This document shows, in pieces, positions 54,375 to 62,745 of a DNA stretch of 64,000 bases. The translations under genes were made by a program, and so were the position numbers. Origin of the DNA: Prevotellaceae bacterium UBA2448 (GTDB lineage: Bacteria > Bacteroidota > Bacteroidia > Bacteroidales > Bacteroidaceae). How positions within the stretch are numbered: the stretch's first letter is position 1; each line of letters starts with the position of its first letter. Location: assembly GCA_002342585.1 (NCBI GenBank), contig DDQG01000007.1, positions 11,120 to 75,119 on the forward strand, in the 5' to 3' direction. The notes beneath the pieces are model-generated. The model had not been told where the DNA came from and searched no databases. It saw nothing but the letters and a program-made list of their open reading frames with translations.

Positions 54375-56105
54375 CTATTTCTGTTCGTTCATTCTTTCAC
54401 GGGCACTGAGGTTTTCAGTGAAATTCTGAACAAGCTTATTACTGTCTTTCTGCAAGTGCGGAGAGAAGAAAATGAAGATGAGAACACCTACAAGGGCAAA
54501 CATTCCAAGCCAGCTACTCCAAGGCACTGCATAGTCAACGATGTAGCTGACGAATACTGCTGCTATAAACAAGCGCAACACAGAATGAGCTGTAAGTCGT
54601 ACGCGCCAACGGGCACCTGCCTCCCACAGTTTATCCACTTCAGGACGGTCAGCTCCTCCGCGCATAAGCATCCAGAGGAACGGAGAACAGAAAATGAGTG
54701 CTGCGAGAGCCAAGACTGTATGCGACCACTCTTCAGACACCAAAGCATTGACAATCGGTTTGCCAAAATGGAGCATGATGGACATGATGGCTATGCAGAG
54801 CACACTGGTGATAAGTGTAGTAAAGACAAAGCGCTTTACATATGCCTTCCAAGTCTGCTGTAACTCGTTTGGCGCCTTGCTGTCCTCTTCGTCGGTGTTG
54901 CGTTCCAGTTTTTCTACCCACTTGGCTGGCAGGATACGAGTAATCAGGTTGTATGTAGGTTCTGCCAGACGAATCATGTAAGGTGTTGTAAAGGTAGTGA
55001 ATACCGACACTGCCACTACTATCGGGTAGAGGTAGTCACTGGTAACATGAAGCGAAGTGCCAAGTGTGGCGAGTATGAATGCAAATTCACCTATCTGAGT
55101 GAGCGAGAAGGAACACTGCATAGAAGTCTTCAGCGACTGACCAGAGAGGAGGAATCCTCCTGTACTCAGTATGGTCTGACCTAAGATGACTGCTGCAATG
55201 ATGCTAACAATAGGTACTATGTACTCGATGATGAGGTTTACATCTACCATCATACCTACGGAGACGAAGAAGATGGCTCCGAAGAGGTTTTTCACTGGAG
55301 CTACAAGGTGTTCTATCTGTTCTGCCTCGACGGTCTCTGCGAGGATGCTACCCATTACGAATGCGCCGAAAGCTGCTGAGAATCCAGCATAAGAAGCTGC
55401 GACTACCATTCCGAAGCAGAGCGCCAGAGCTGTGATGAGCAGAGTTTCGTTGTTCATCAGCGGTTTCAGTTTGCGAAGTGCCATAGGGATGAAGTAAAGT
55501 CCTACTGTAAACCAGAGTACAAGGTAAAGTCCAAGTGTTACGATAGATTTAATCATCTGCGAACCTTCGAACTCTTTGCTGACTGCCATAGTGGAGAGCA
55601 TCACCATGAGCACGATGGCGAGGATGTCTTCAAGAATCAGTACGCTCAGCACGAGACTGGCAAAGCGTTCCTTACGCAGTCCCATGTCATCGAAGGCTTT
55701 AAAGATGATAGTAGTCGAGGACATAGCAAGCATACCACCCAGGAAAATGCAGTCCATCTGCTTCCAACCGAAGAGTTCGCCTACACACGCACCTACATAC
55801 ATCATACAAAGGATGATGGCGAGGGCGGCAATGATGGGGGCAGCTCCCATCTTCAGTATTTTCTTGAATGAAAATTCGAGTCCGAGTGCAAAGAGAAGGA
55901 AGATAACACCTATCTCACTCCAGATGTGGATGCCGTGTCCGTCAGCAACACTGGGCATGTATGGCATATTGGGAGATGCAAGAAATCCCGCAACGATATA
56001 ACCAAGTACTATTGGTTGTTTAAGAGCCTTGAAAAGGAGTGTCATAACTCCTGCACATATGAGTATTAGTGCAAGGTCACTAATTAATGGTTCAAGATTT
56101 GACAT
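54375..56105 (-). CDS. cation:proton antiporter (CPA2/Kef-like) with an extra C-terminal membrane domain
   Basis: 576 aa and polytopic. N-terminal LILICAGVMTLLFKALKQPIVLGYIVAGFLASP is typical of Na+/H+-exchanger-family proteins. Confidence 0.75.
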   Translation of the reverse strand: MSNLEPLISDLALILICAGVMTLLFKALKQPIVLGYIVAGFLASPNMPYMPSVADGHGIHIWSEIGVIFLLFALGLEFSFKKILKMGAAPIIAALAIILCMMYVGACVGELFGWKQMDCIFLGGMLAMSSTTIIFKAFDDMGLRKERFASLVLSVLILEDILAIVLMVMLSTMAVSKEFEGSQMIKSIVTLGLYLVLWFTVGLYFIPMALRKLKPLMNNETLLITALALCFGMVVAASYAGFSAAFGAFVMGSILAETVEAEQIEHLVAPVKNLFGAIFFVSVGMMVDVNLIIEYIVPIVSIIAAVILGQTILSTGGFLLSGQSLKTSMQCSFSLTQIGEFAFILATLGTSLHVTSDYLYPIVVAVSVFTTFTTPYMIRLAEPTYNLITRILPAKWVEKLERNTDEEDSKAPNELQQTWKAYVKRFVFTTLITSVLCIAIMSIMLHFGKPIVNALVSEEWSHTVLALAALIFCSPFLWMLMRGGADRPEVDKLWEAGARWRVRLTAHSVLRLFIAAVFVSYIVDYAVPWSSWLGMFALVGVLIFIFFSPHLQKDSNKLVQNFTENLSARERMNEQK

Positions 56106-56114
56106 AATATTCTG

Positions 56115-56954
56115 TTAGAAAATCTTGTAAGCAACACGAATCTGTAAATTTGGCCATGCCTTCAACCAAGAGATAGCACTACCGATACCTGAGTTTTTAC
56201 CTGAAGTTTTAACCTCTGTATCGTTGTTCAACACTAACTTAGGAGTACCCCAGAACATAAGACCGAAGTCAACAGCAAGGCTGACACGATGCTTCTGAGC
56301 GAGGTGCTGACCGAAACCAATGCCGATATATGGTTTGATAGCATTAGTCTTCATGCGAACATCGATGTTACCACGCTCGTCAGCAGTGAACACATAGTCG
56401 CCGAACTTCAGACCTATAGGGTCGTAGTTAGTGTGGAAAATACGGTTGTAGTCCTCCACTTTCTGATTTGCATCATAGAGGAAGCCAAGACCGCCGTCGT
56501 TGGTATTGCTGAAGTGAAGGAAGTTCTTGCTACCCATGAAAAGACCGGCAGCGAAATAAAAAGGAACGTTCTTAAACGGATGCACCTCTGCCAGTACGTA
56601 GAAATTCCAGAAGTTTGGTTCGATAGCCAGTTCTACCTTATCTACCCTCTGTGCCTGTTTTACAGCATCGTCTTCAACTGTCTGTGAAGGGCCCATATCA
56701 GCTGCTGTATTGATAGCCTTAAACTTGTAATTACCTACGCCCCATCCTGAGAATCCTCCTCTGAGAGTCACTATCTTACAAACTGGCATTGCTGCATCAA
56801 TACCGAAGCCTGTCAATCCTGCGTTCAAGCCAACAGAAAGGTGATTGAAACAGCCGTCTTGAGCATGATACTTATCAACTGTCTGGGCATCAGCTCCAGC
56901 AGCCGCAAACATAATTGCGAAAAGAATTATGATTTTGTGAATATTGTGTTTCAT
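56115..56954 (-). CDS. outer-membrane beta-barrel protein (unknown family)
   Basis: 279 aa with a signal peptide (...AAAGADA|Q). It shows an alternating beta-strand pattern and a C-terminal ...RVAYKIF with terminal Phe. Confidence 0.6.
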   Translation of the reverse strand: MKHNIHKIIILFAIMFAAAGADAQTVDKYHAQDGCFNHLSVGLNAGLTGFGIDAAMPVCKIVTLRGGFSGWGVGNYKFKAINTAADMGPSQTVEDDAVKQAQRVDKVELAIEPNFWNFYVLAEVHPFKNVPFYFAAGLFMGSKNFLHFSNTNDGGLGFLYDANQKVEDYNRIFHTNYDPIGLKFGDYVFTADERGNIDVRMKTNAIKPYIGIGFGQHLAQKHRVSLAVDFGLMFWGTPKLVLNNDTEVKTSGKNSGIGSAISWLKAWPNLQIRVAYKIF

Positions 56955-56973
56955 ATATTTTATGTCTTAGGAA

Positions 56974-58260
56974 TTATTTGAAGTATGGTTTGTTAGACTT
57001 GATAAGCAGGTTTGTGAGCGACTGGCTCAATGGGTGGAAACCATAAAGGTAGTCACTAGTGTATGGAGTACCACCATTGATGATACAGTGAATGTAGTCG
57101 TGGCAAGCCATATCTATTGGCATGATTCCCACAGTACCTGTATTTTCCTGCAGATTCTTGATAACTAATGGATGTATGATACAAGCGTTAGTGAGGTATC
57201 CACGTGGAGATACTTCTGTATAAGCAGAACAGTGGTTGATAATCCAAGTGTTGTTACCAGCAGCGATTTCTGTACGAGCATCGTTCATCATGTCGATAAC
57301 AGTCTTCTTCTTGTTCTCCAAACGTACATTCTTGTTAGTCTTGAAGTAGTCTTGAACCCAAAGTTTTGCATCTGGTACAGCTGGAGTAGCCGGTGTAGTA
57401 GATGTATCGTCCTCATTATTCATTTTAAACAAACCACAATCCTTCTGTGCTGTAGGGTCAAGAGCTTCTTTGATGTCAGCATCTTCGTCAGTCCAAGTGC
57501 AATAAACTCCAGGCATGGACATAGTTGAACCTGATTTATCACGCAGGTCGAAGCGGTTCAGCACCAGAATCTTACTACGCATATCACCTACTGTAATACC
57601 TGGAGTCCATGCTGAGCTAGGAATGAACAGGCTTGCATACTTTGGTTTTGATACTACATCAGCATACAGACCAGCCCAAGTGCTCTGGTTTTCTATACCG
57701 TTGTCGCACTGTATCTTAACAATGAAAAACTCTGAAGGATGGTTGTTCAGGTACTTCTGCATCATATCAAGCGACTCCTCGAAAGTTACGTTGATTTCGC
57801 TGATACCATGAGCCAGACGCAAAATCTTCTTCTTTTTCGGATCTGTCTGTAAAGTGTCAATGCTTACTACAGGACGAAGGTCGAAGAAACGGATACCCAT
57901 TTCCATCTGAGCCTGAAACGTATTCAACTGACTGATTGCAGTAATATTAAAGATGTAGTTCAGTGTTGGCTGGTAGAAGCCCATACCAGTCATAGTGTCG
58001 TGAGTACCTGGAATGCTCAACTGGCACACAGGAGTTTCATCCTTCACCATGCTCAACCATGAAGCTGCAGGAGTAGCCAGGTCGTAAGGATAAGAAATAC
58101 TGTCACGATAACCCTCTGAGAAGAGGTAAGGAGAGTCGAGGGAGGTCTTCTCGTCGTAAGCTTTATTGAAGTCCTCTTCCTCGCAACTGCTTAGTGCTCC
58201 CATAGCCACTACAGCCATGATAGCATACATAAGTTTTCTTTTCATAAATTCTTTATACAT
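56974..58260 (-). CDS. PI-PLC X-domain-like phosphodiesterase lipoprotein
   Basis: 428 aa with a lipobox (GALSSCEEE). It has LSIPGTHDTMTG (catalytic His context), RFFDLRPV and LAHGIS, as in bacterial phosphatidylinositol-specific phospholipase C. Confidence 0.6.
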   Translation of the reverse strand: MYKEFMKRKLMYAIMAVVAMGALSSCEEEDFNKAYDEKTSLDSPYLFSEGYRDSISYPYDLATPAASWLSMVKDETPVCQLSIPGTHDTMTGMGFYQPTLNYIFNITAISQLNTFQAQMEMGIRFFDLRPVVSIDTLQTDPKKKKILRLAHGISEINVTFEESLDMMQKYLNNHPSEFFIVKIQCDNGIENQSTWAGLYADVVSKPKYASLFIPSSAWTPGITVGDMRSKILVLNRFDLRDKSGSTMSMPGVYCTWTDEDADIKEALDPTAQKDCGLFKMNNEDDTSTTPATPAVPDAKLWVQDYFKTNKNVRLENKKKTVIDMMNDARTEIAAGNNTWIINHCSAYTEVSPRGYLTNACIIHPLVIKNLQENTGTVGIMPIDMACHDYIHCIINGGTPYTSDYLYGFHPLSQSLTNLLIKSNKPYFK

Positions 58261-58306
58261 TATTAATTAATCTTAAAATAGAATTTGTTTTATTCGAATT
58301 GACGGG

Positions 58307-58314
58307 CAAATATA
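58307..58314 (-). promoter_or_regulatory. putative -7 box (TAnnTTTG)
   Basis: The reverse strand reads TATATTTG (context catttatatttgcccg). It ends 47 nt upstream of ATG 58260. Confidence 0.4.
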
Positions 58315-58376
58315 AATGTTTTTTTACAAATTACCTATATTTCTATAATATTTTTTTGCAACTCACCTGTCTATTG

Positions 58377-60023
58377 TCAATTCCCCTTAAACACTTCTTC
58401 TCCATCGACAATAGTAGCAACAACGTTTGCCTTTGCTACCTTCTCAATGTCGTCGTGCAGGAAATCACAGTCGAATACTGTCATGTTGGCAATCTTATCG
58501 ACCTCGATAGAACCCAGACGATGCTCCTGATGGAACTGACGTGCAACATTGATGGTCATAGCACGCAGCGACTGTTCGCGGGAGATAGCTTCCTTGGTAT
58601 TGCGTGGAGAGGTGGTGACGCCATCTAATACTCCCTCCGGATAGGTACGCGTTTCTGCAGAATAGAAGCTGAGTTTGATGTCCAACAGCGGTGAAACGGG
58701 ATAGTCAGAGTGGAATACTACGTTTGCTCCTGCATCATAGAATGACTTGATAGGATATGCCTGATCTGCCAATTCCTTACCTACATATGTTATTTCCTGC
58801 TCATAAACACCCGGAACAGCTGGTGACCACAATGGAGGAACTGCTGCTACAGAACCAGTTTCTGCCATGCGACGGACATCCTCGTCGGTTACGAAGTGGA
58901 GGTGAGCCAGAACGTTACGTTGATCTTTATTGCCAGTAAATTTTTCGGCATCTGCGATACAACCTAACATATAATGTGTGGCACCACCACCCTCAGAGTG
59001 AACATGAACGGACATACCTTCCTTGTCAGCCTCTGCAATCAACTGCACCATCTTGTCATGGTCGTTGAAGCGTTCTGCACCGTGATAGCCAGGAGTGTCG
59101 AGGTAATCCTGGTTCTGCCAGCCTGTATGCGCCTCGGTAACACCGTCAAGGAATGCCTTGGCACCGACGATATGGAAATACTCACCACTCATCTCAGCAC
59201 GCAGAGCAGCAATGCGGGAAATCTCTGTCTTTGCATCGGAATTATCTGTCACATACATCCATGCATAGGTGCGCAACTTCAGCTTGCCTTCTTCCTGAAG
59301 CTCATAGTATGCCTTAGGAGCAATGCGATGTATAACATCCGCACCAGCATCACCAACGGTTGTATAACCTTTGCTGAACGCAATCTCCTGCCAAGCGAGC
59401 AGATAATCCTTGACGTCTCTCACTGTAGTAGGCAACTTCGGTACGATTTCGAACAAAGGACCTTCGCAGATATAGCCGTCAGGTTCACCGTTCTTATCTA
59501 CGTGAACCAGGTCATAACCCCATTTCTTGGCATACTCAGCGTCAACACCTGCCCATTCCATCGCCTTTGTATTGAGCAGCATAGAGTGTCCGCCGCCTGT
59601 CTGCATGAAGACCGGCTTGTCAGAACAAATCTCGTCCAAAAAAGACTTGTCAACGTATTCTTCATTTTCAACCCAACCGGCAGCAACGTAGAAATCACGC
59701 TGCGGATTCTTCTCAATGAATTCCTTGATAATCTCGCGATATTTCGGGTAGTTTGTAAGACCTGCTGCCATGAGGTTAGCCTGTCCGATAGCACGTTCTC
59801 CGGCAAAGCTGCCGTGGCAGTGACTTTCGATGAAACCTGGGTAGATGTAGTTGTCACCATAATCCAGAATCTTGGCGTCAGCACCGGCAAGTTTCTTTGC
59901 CTCCTCTGCGCTACCAATGTATGAAAATACACCATTCTTCACTACTGCCGCCTTGGCAAAAGGTCTTTTTTCATCAACTGTAATGATGTTGCCGAGAATA
60001 ACTGTCTGTTTCATATTACTCAA
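58377..60023 (-). CDS. YtcJ-like metal-dependent amidohydrolase (Amidohydro_3)
   Basis: 548 aa with PGFIESHCHG (HxH metal site) and a C-terminal ...HSDYPVSP... plus a D-containing end typical of the family. Confidence 0.7.
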   Translation of the reverse strand: MSNMKQTVILGNIITVDEKRPFAKAAVVKNGVFSYIGSAEEAKKLAGADAKILDYGDNYIYPGFIESHCHGSFAGERAIGQANLMAAGLTNYPKYREIIKEFIEKNPQRDFYVAAGWVENEEYVDKSFLDEICSDKPVFMQTGGGHSMLLNTKAMEWAGVDAEYAKKWGYDLVHVDKNGEPDGYICEGPLFEIVPKLPTTVRDVKDYLLAWQEIAFSKGYTTVGDAGADVIHRIAPKAYYELQEEGKLKLRTYAWMYVTDNSDAKTEISRIAALRAEMSGEYFHIVGAKAFLDGVTEAHTGWQNQDYLDTPGYHGAERFNDHDKMVQLIAEADKEGMSVHVHSEGGGATHYMLGCIADAEKFTGNKDQRNVLAHLHFVTDEDVRRMAETGSVAAVPPLWSPAVPGVYEQEITYVGKELADQAYPIKSFYDAGANVVFHSDYPVSPLLDIKLSFYSAETRTYPEGVLDGVTTSPRNTKEAISREQSLRAMTINVARQFHQEHRLGSIEVDKIANMTVFDCDFLHDDIEKVAKANVVATIVDGEEVFKGN

Positions 60024-61026
60024 GATTATACTTCATTAATAACTCTCTGAAAGCTTTTGCTTCATCTGACTCTTTTACATCTTTTTCAGCTCCAAGCATC
60101 CGAGCCGTCGCATGGTCTCTCAGTTCAAAGAACCTGTGTGCCTGAGGAGTCCAATACAAGTACTCATAAGCATGGGGAACTCCAGGCTCAACATAGAGCT
60201 CCGTGAAAATACCGGCCTCCATAAGCTTCTGAGCATAACTCATGTCTTCATCACAGAAAAGATCTAGGCTACCGACAATCATGAAAGTCTCAGGCAATCC
60301 CTTCAGCTGCTCAACGGTTGCCACTGCCGGTGAGAAATAGATCATTTCCTCATCGGTAAGCTTTTTGTCCTGGCCTTCAATCAGTTTTCCCCATCCAAAG
60401 ACGTTGTTCTCCTTTGTCCATACACAATGCCCGGCATATTCATTCTTGTAAATATCCTTTTCACCGCCGGTACGGTAGTCCAGCATGGGATAGATGAGCA
60501 CCTGGCCCTTCAGGGGAACCTTTCCTTTGTCCTTGTTATAGAGACCCAGACGTGCGGCTAGTCCGCCACCGGCGCTTTCTCCCTCAATGACAATATTATC
60601 CGGATCCACATTCAATTCATCCGCATGCTCATATGCATAAAGAAGTCCTGCATATACTTGCTCCAACTCCATGGGATATTTATAAGAAGGATCCAGAGAA
60701 AGCGTGTAGTCAGGAGCAATCACCGTAGCACCGCTCCCATCTGCTATGCCCTGTATTTTGGGCTCATCCATGCTCACATTGCCAAAATGATAGCCACCGC
60801 CGTGAATGAAATAGACAAGGGGCGTTTTCTCACCCGCTTTGTAACCTGATGGACGGAAAACCCACAAGTTTATCTTCTCATTCCCTACGGCAATGGTCAG
60901 TTTTTTGGCGTTTTGGGGCTCTTTCCCCTCTACGCCCAAATCAACATTTGATGTCCCTACAGGTACCGTGATACCGTCAATCAGTTCATATCCTCTTGCA
61001 AGGAGATTTGCGCTTTTCGTTTTCAT
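60016..61026 (-). CDS. alpha/beta hydrolase, hormone-sensitive-lipase-like esterase
   Basis: 336 aa with an HGGGY oxyanion motif and a GESAGG nucleophile elbow. It overlaps the next gene by 8 nt. Confidence 0.75.
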   Translation of the reverse strand: MKTKSANLLARGYELIDGITVPVGTSNVDLGVEGKEPQNAKKLTIAVGNEKINLWVFRPSGYKAGEKTPLVYFIHGGGYHFGNVSMDEPKIQGIADGSGATVIAPDYTLSLDPSYKYPMELEQVYAGLLYAYEHADELNVDPDNIVIEGESAGGGLAARLGLYNKDKGKVPLKGQVLIYPMLDYRTGGEKDIYKNEYAGHCVWTKENNVFGWGKLIEGQDKKLTDEEMIYFSPAVATVEQLKGLPETFMIVGSLDLFCDEDMSYAQKLMEAGIFTELYVEPGVPHAYEYLYWTPQAHRFFELRDHATARMLGAEKDVKESDEAKAFRELLMKYNLE

Positions 61027-61042
61027 ATATTCATTTTCTTTT

Positions 61043-62707
61043 TTAAATCATTTTCTTCCCGTCAATATACACTTCACTCGGCATGTTGTGGCTAAAGCCT
61101 TCATGCTCTGCCGTCAGCAGGTCGTTGTCGAATACTAGGAAGTCTGCATCCTTGCCTGCCTCGATAGAACCCTTAGAGGCTTCGATGCCGAGCTGCTTGG
61201 CTCCGTTGATGGTATATCCCAGCATCATTTCCTCTATGTTCATCTTCTCTTTGGGAGAAGGGTATGCAGCAACGACTCTGGTCCTTTCAGGGGCTTTCGC
61301 CTTTTCGTTGATATTTCGCGTCATGCCGACTTCCATACCAAGATAGGGACTCCAGGTCAGGAAATCACCATAGATGATGTTATCGCTTGAGAATGTCACA
61401 TTGGCACCTGTGTTCCACATCGTCTTGCTGCGGTACATCTTATTCGCACGCTCCTCACCCAGCAGACTGCGCCATATCTCAAATGGATTGCCACCCGTAC
61501 ATCCGGCATGCCACCAAGGCGTGTAATTGGCTGTAACGCCCAGCTTCGCAAAGCGGTCCATATCTGCGTCATCTTGGATTTCAAGATGTGCACAAGTCAC
61601 CTTCACACGGAAATTTTCGCCAAGTTCCTTCTTGGCCTGCTCCACACCGTCGAGTACCGTGCGGGACGAGCGCTCGCCTACGGTATGTGCATGGAAGTCC
61701 AGTCCAGCCTCGTTGAGCAACTTCATCACCTCTGCCATCTCCTCCTTGCTGTAGGTGGTACCACCTCTCTTGTTGGTATCTACGTATGGCGTCACCTGGG
61801 CAGCCGTCTCGATTCTCAAGGTACCATCCATGAATACCTTAAAGGTATGCACATTCAGGTGCTCGCTGTCGAACTTCTGGCGGAAACGCTTCACGTCCTC
61901 CACCACTTCCTTCGTCTTCTGGGGATTGGTAAGCGCAATGCTTCCGTCGATATAAACTGGCAGCTTGCCTTGTTTGTCCAGTTCGTACAAACGTTCATAG
62001 ATTCGCTCGTGGAGTGCCTCGCCCTCAGGAAAACCTGCGTCGAAGACAACGGTTACACCAGCCTTTACAGAATAATCTATCCAACGCATCAGCTCTGCGT
62101 CAATCTGCTCATCTGTCACAGTCAAGTCATCGAAGAGCATGTGCCAACCCGACGACTCGAATGCATTTCCTGTCACATGGCCGTCTTTACGTACATAATA
62201 ACTCAGCTCGGGCACGCGATCGGGTGTCTCGTCGGTAATGCCATGCCTGTCGAGCACCTTGGAGTTCACCCAGACGCTATGGCCTTCGCCTTCCAGTATC
62301 AGGACTTCGGCATCGGAACAGATGGCATCCAGATCTTCCTTGACGATGTCATCCCCATTCAGGTATTTACGCTCCAGTATAAATCTATGACGTTTCAAAC
62401 CTGGATTGTTCTTGATACTTTGCGCCATAAAGTCCAGGGCTTCCTTTTTGCTGGCGCAAAAAATGTATTCCCCCGGATCCATATAGGCGAATCCGATGCT
62501 TGTGGTCACATGCACATGGCTGTCGATAATACCCGGCATGATGAATTTCCCGCCCATATCAGTTACTTCTCCCTCATAGGCTGAAAGTCCTGCTTCATCA
62601 CCTACATACACAAACTTACCATCCTTAACTGCCAGAGCAGTTGCCTGCAGCTGGTTCTTGTTCGAAGTGAAAATCTTCGCGTTTTTTATTATCTTATCTA
62701 CTTTCAT
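61043..62707 (-). CDS. YtcJ-like metal-dependent amidohydrolase (Amidohydro_3), second copy
   Basis: 554 aa with PGIIDSHVHV, HAHTVGERS and FSSDN. It is a divergent paralogue of 58377-60023. Confidence 0.7.
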   Translation of the reverse strand: MKVDKIIKNAKIFTSNKNQLQATALAVKDGKFVYVGDEAGLSAYEGEVTDMGGKFIMPGIIDSHVHVTTSIGFAYMDPGEYIFCASKKEALDFMAQSIKNNPGLKRHRFILERKYLNGDDIVKEDLDAICSDAEVLILEGEGHSVWVNSKVLDRHGITDETPDRVPELSYYVRKDGHVTGNAFESSGWHMLFDDLTVTDEQIDAELMRWIDYSVKAGVTVVFDAGFPEGEALHERIYERLYELDKQGKLPVYIDGSIALTNPQKTKEVVEDVKRFRQKFDSEHLNVHTFKVFMDGTLRIETAAQVTPYVDTNKRGGTTYSKEEMAEVMKLLNEAGLDFHAHTVGERSSRTVLDGVEQAKKELGENFRVKVTCAHLEIQDDADMDRFAKLGVTANYTPWWHAGCTGGNPFEIWRSLLGEERANKMYRSKTMWNTGANVTFSSDNIIYGDFLTWSPYLGMEVGMTRNINEKAKAPERTRVVAAYPSPKEKMNIEEMMLGYTINGAKQLGIEASKGSIEAGKDADFLVFDNDLLTAEHEGFSHNMPSEVYIDGKKMI

Positions 62708-62745
62708 ATTGTTTTTCTTTTTAAATGAACGTTATGATGAACCCA

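Noticed and set aside
58974-59924. 316-aa ORF on the plus strand. Similar long antisense ORFs occur at 61508-62584, 28686-29342, 26946-27569, 38106-38738, 35458-36084, 12380-12931, 47959-48483, 49174-49692 and 54345-54863.
   Set aside because: Each lies entirely inside, and antisense to, a much longer ORF with clear family motifs. Their translations are low-complexity, Cys/His/Arg-rich shadow frames with no recognisable domains.
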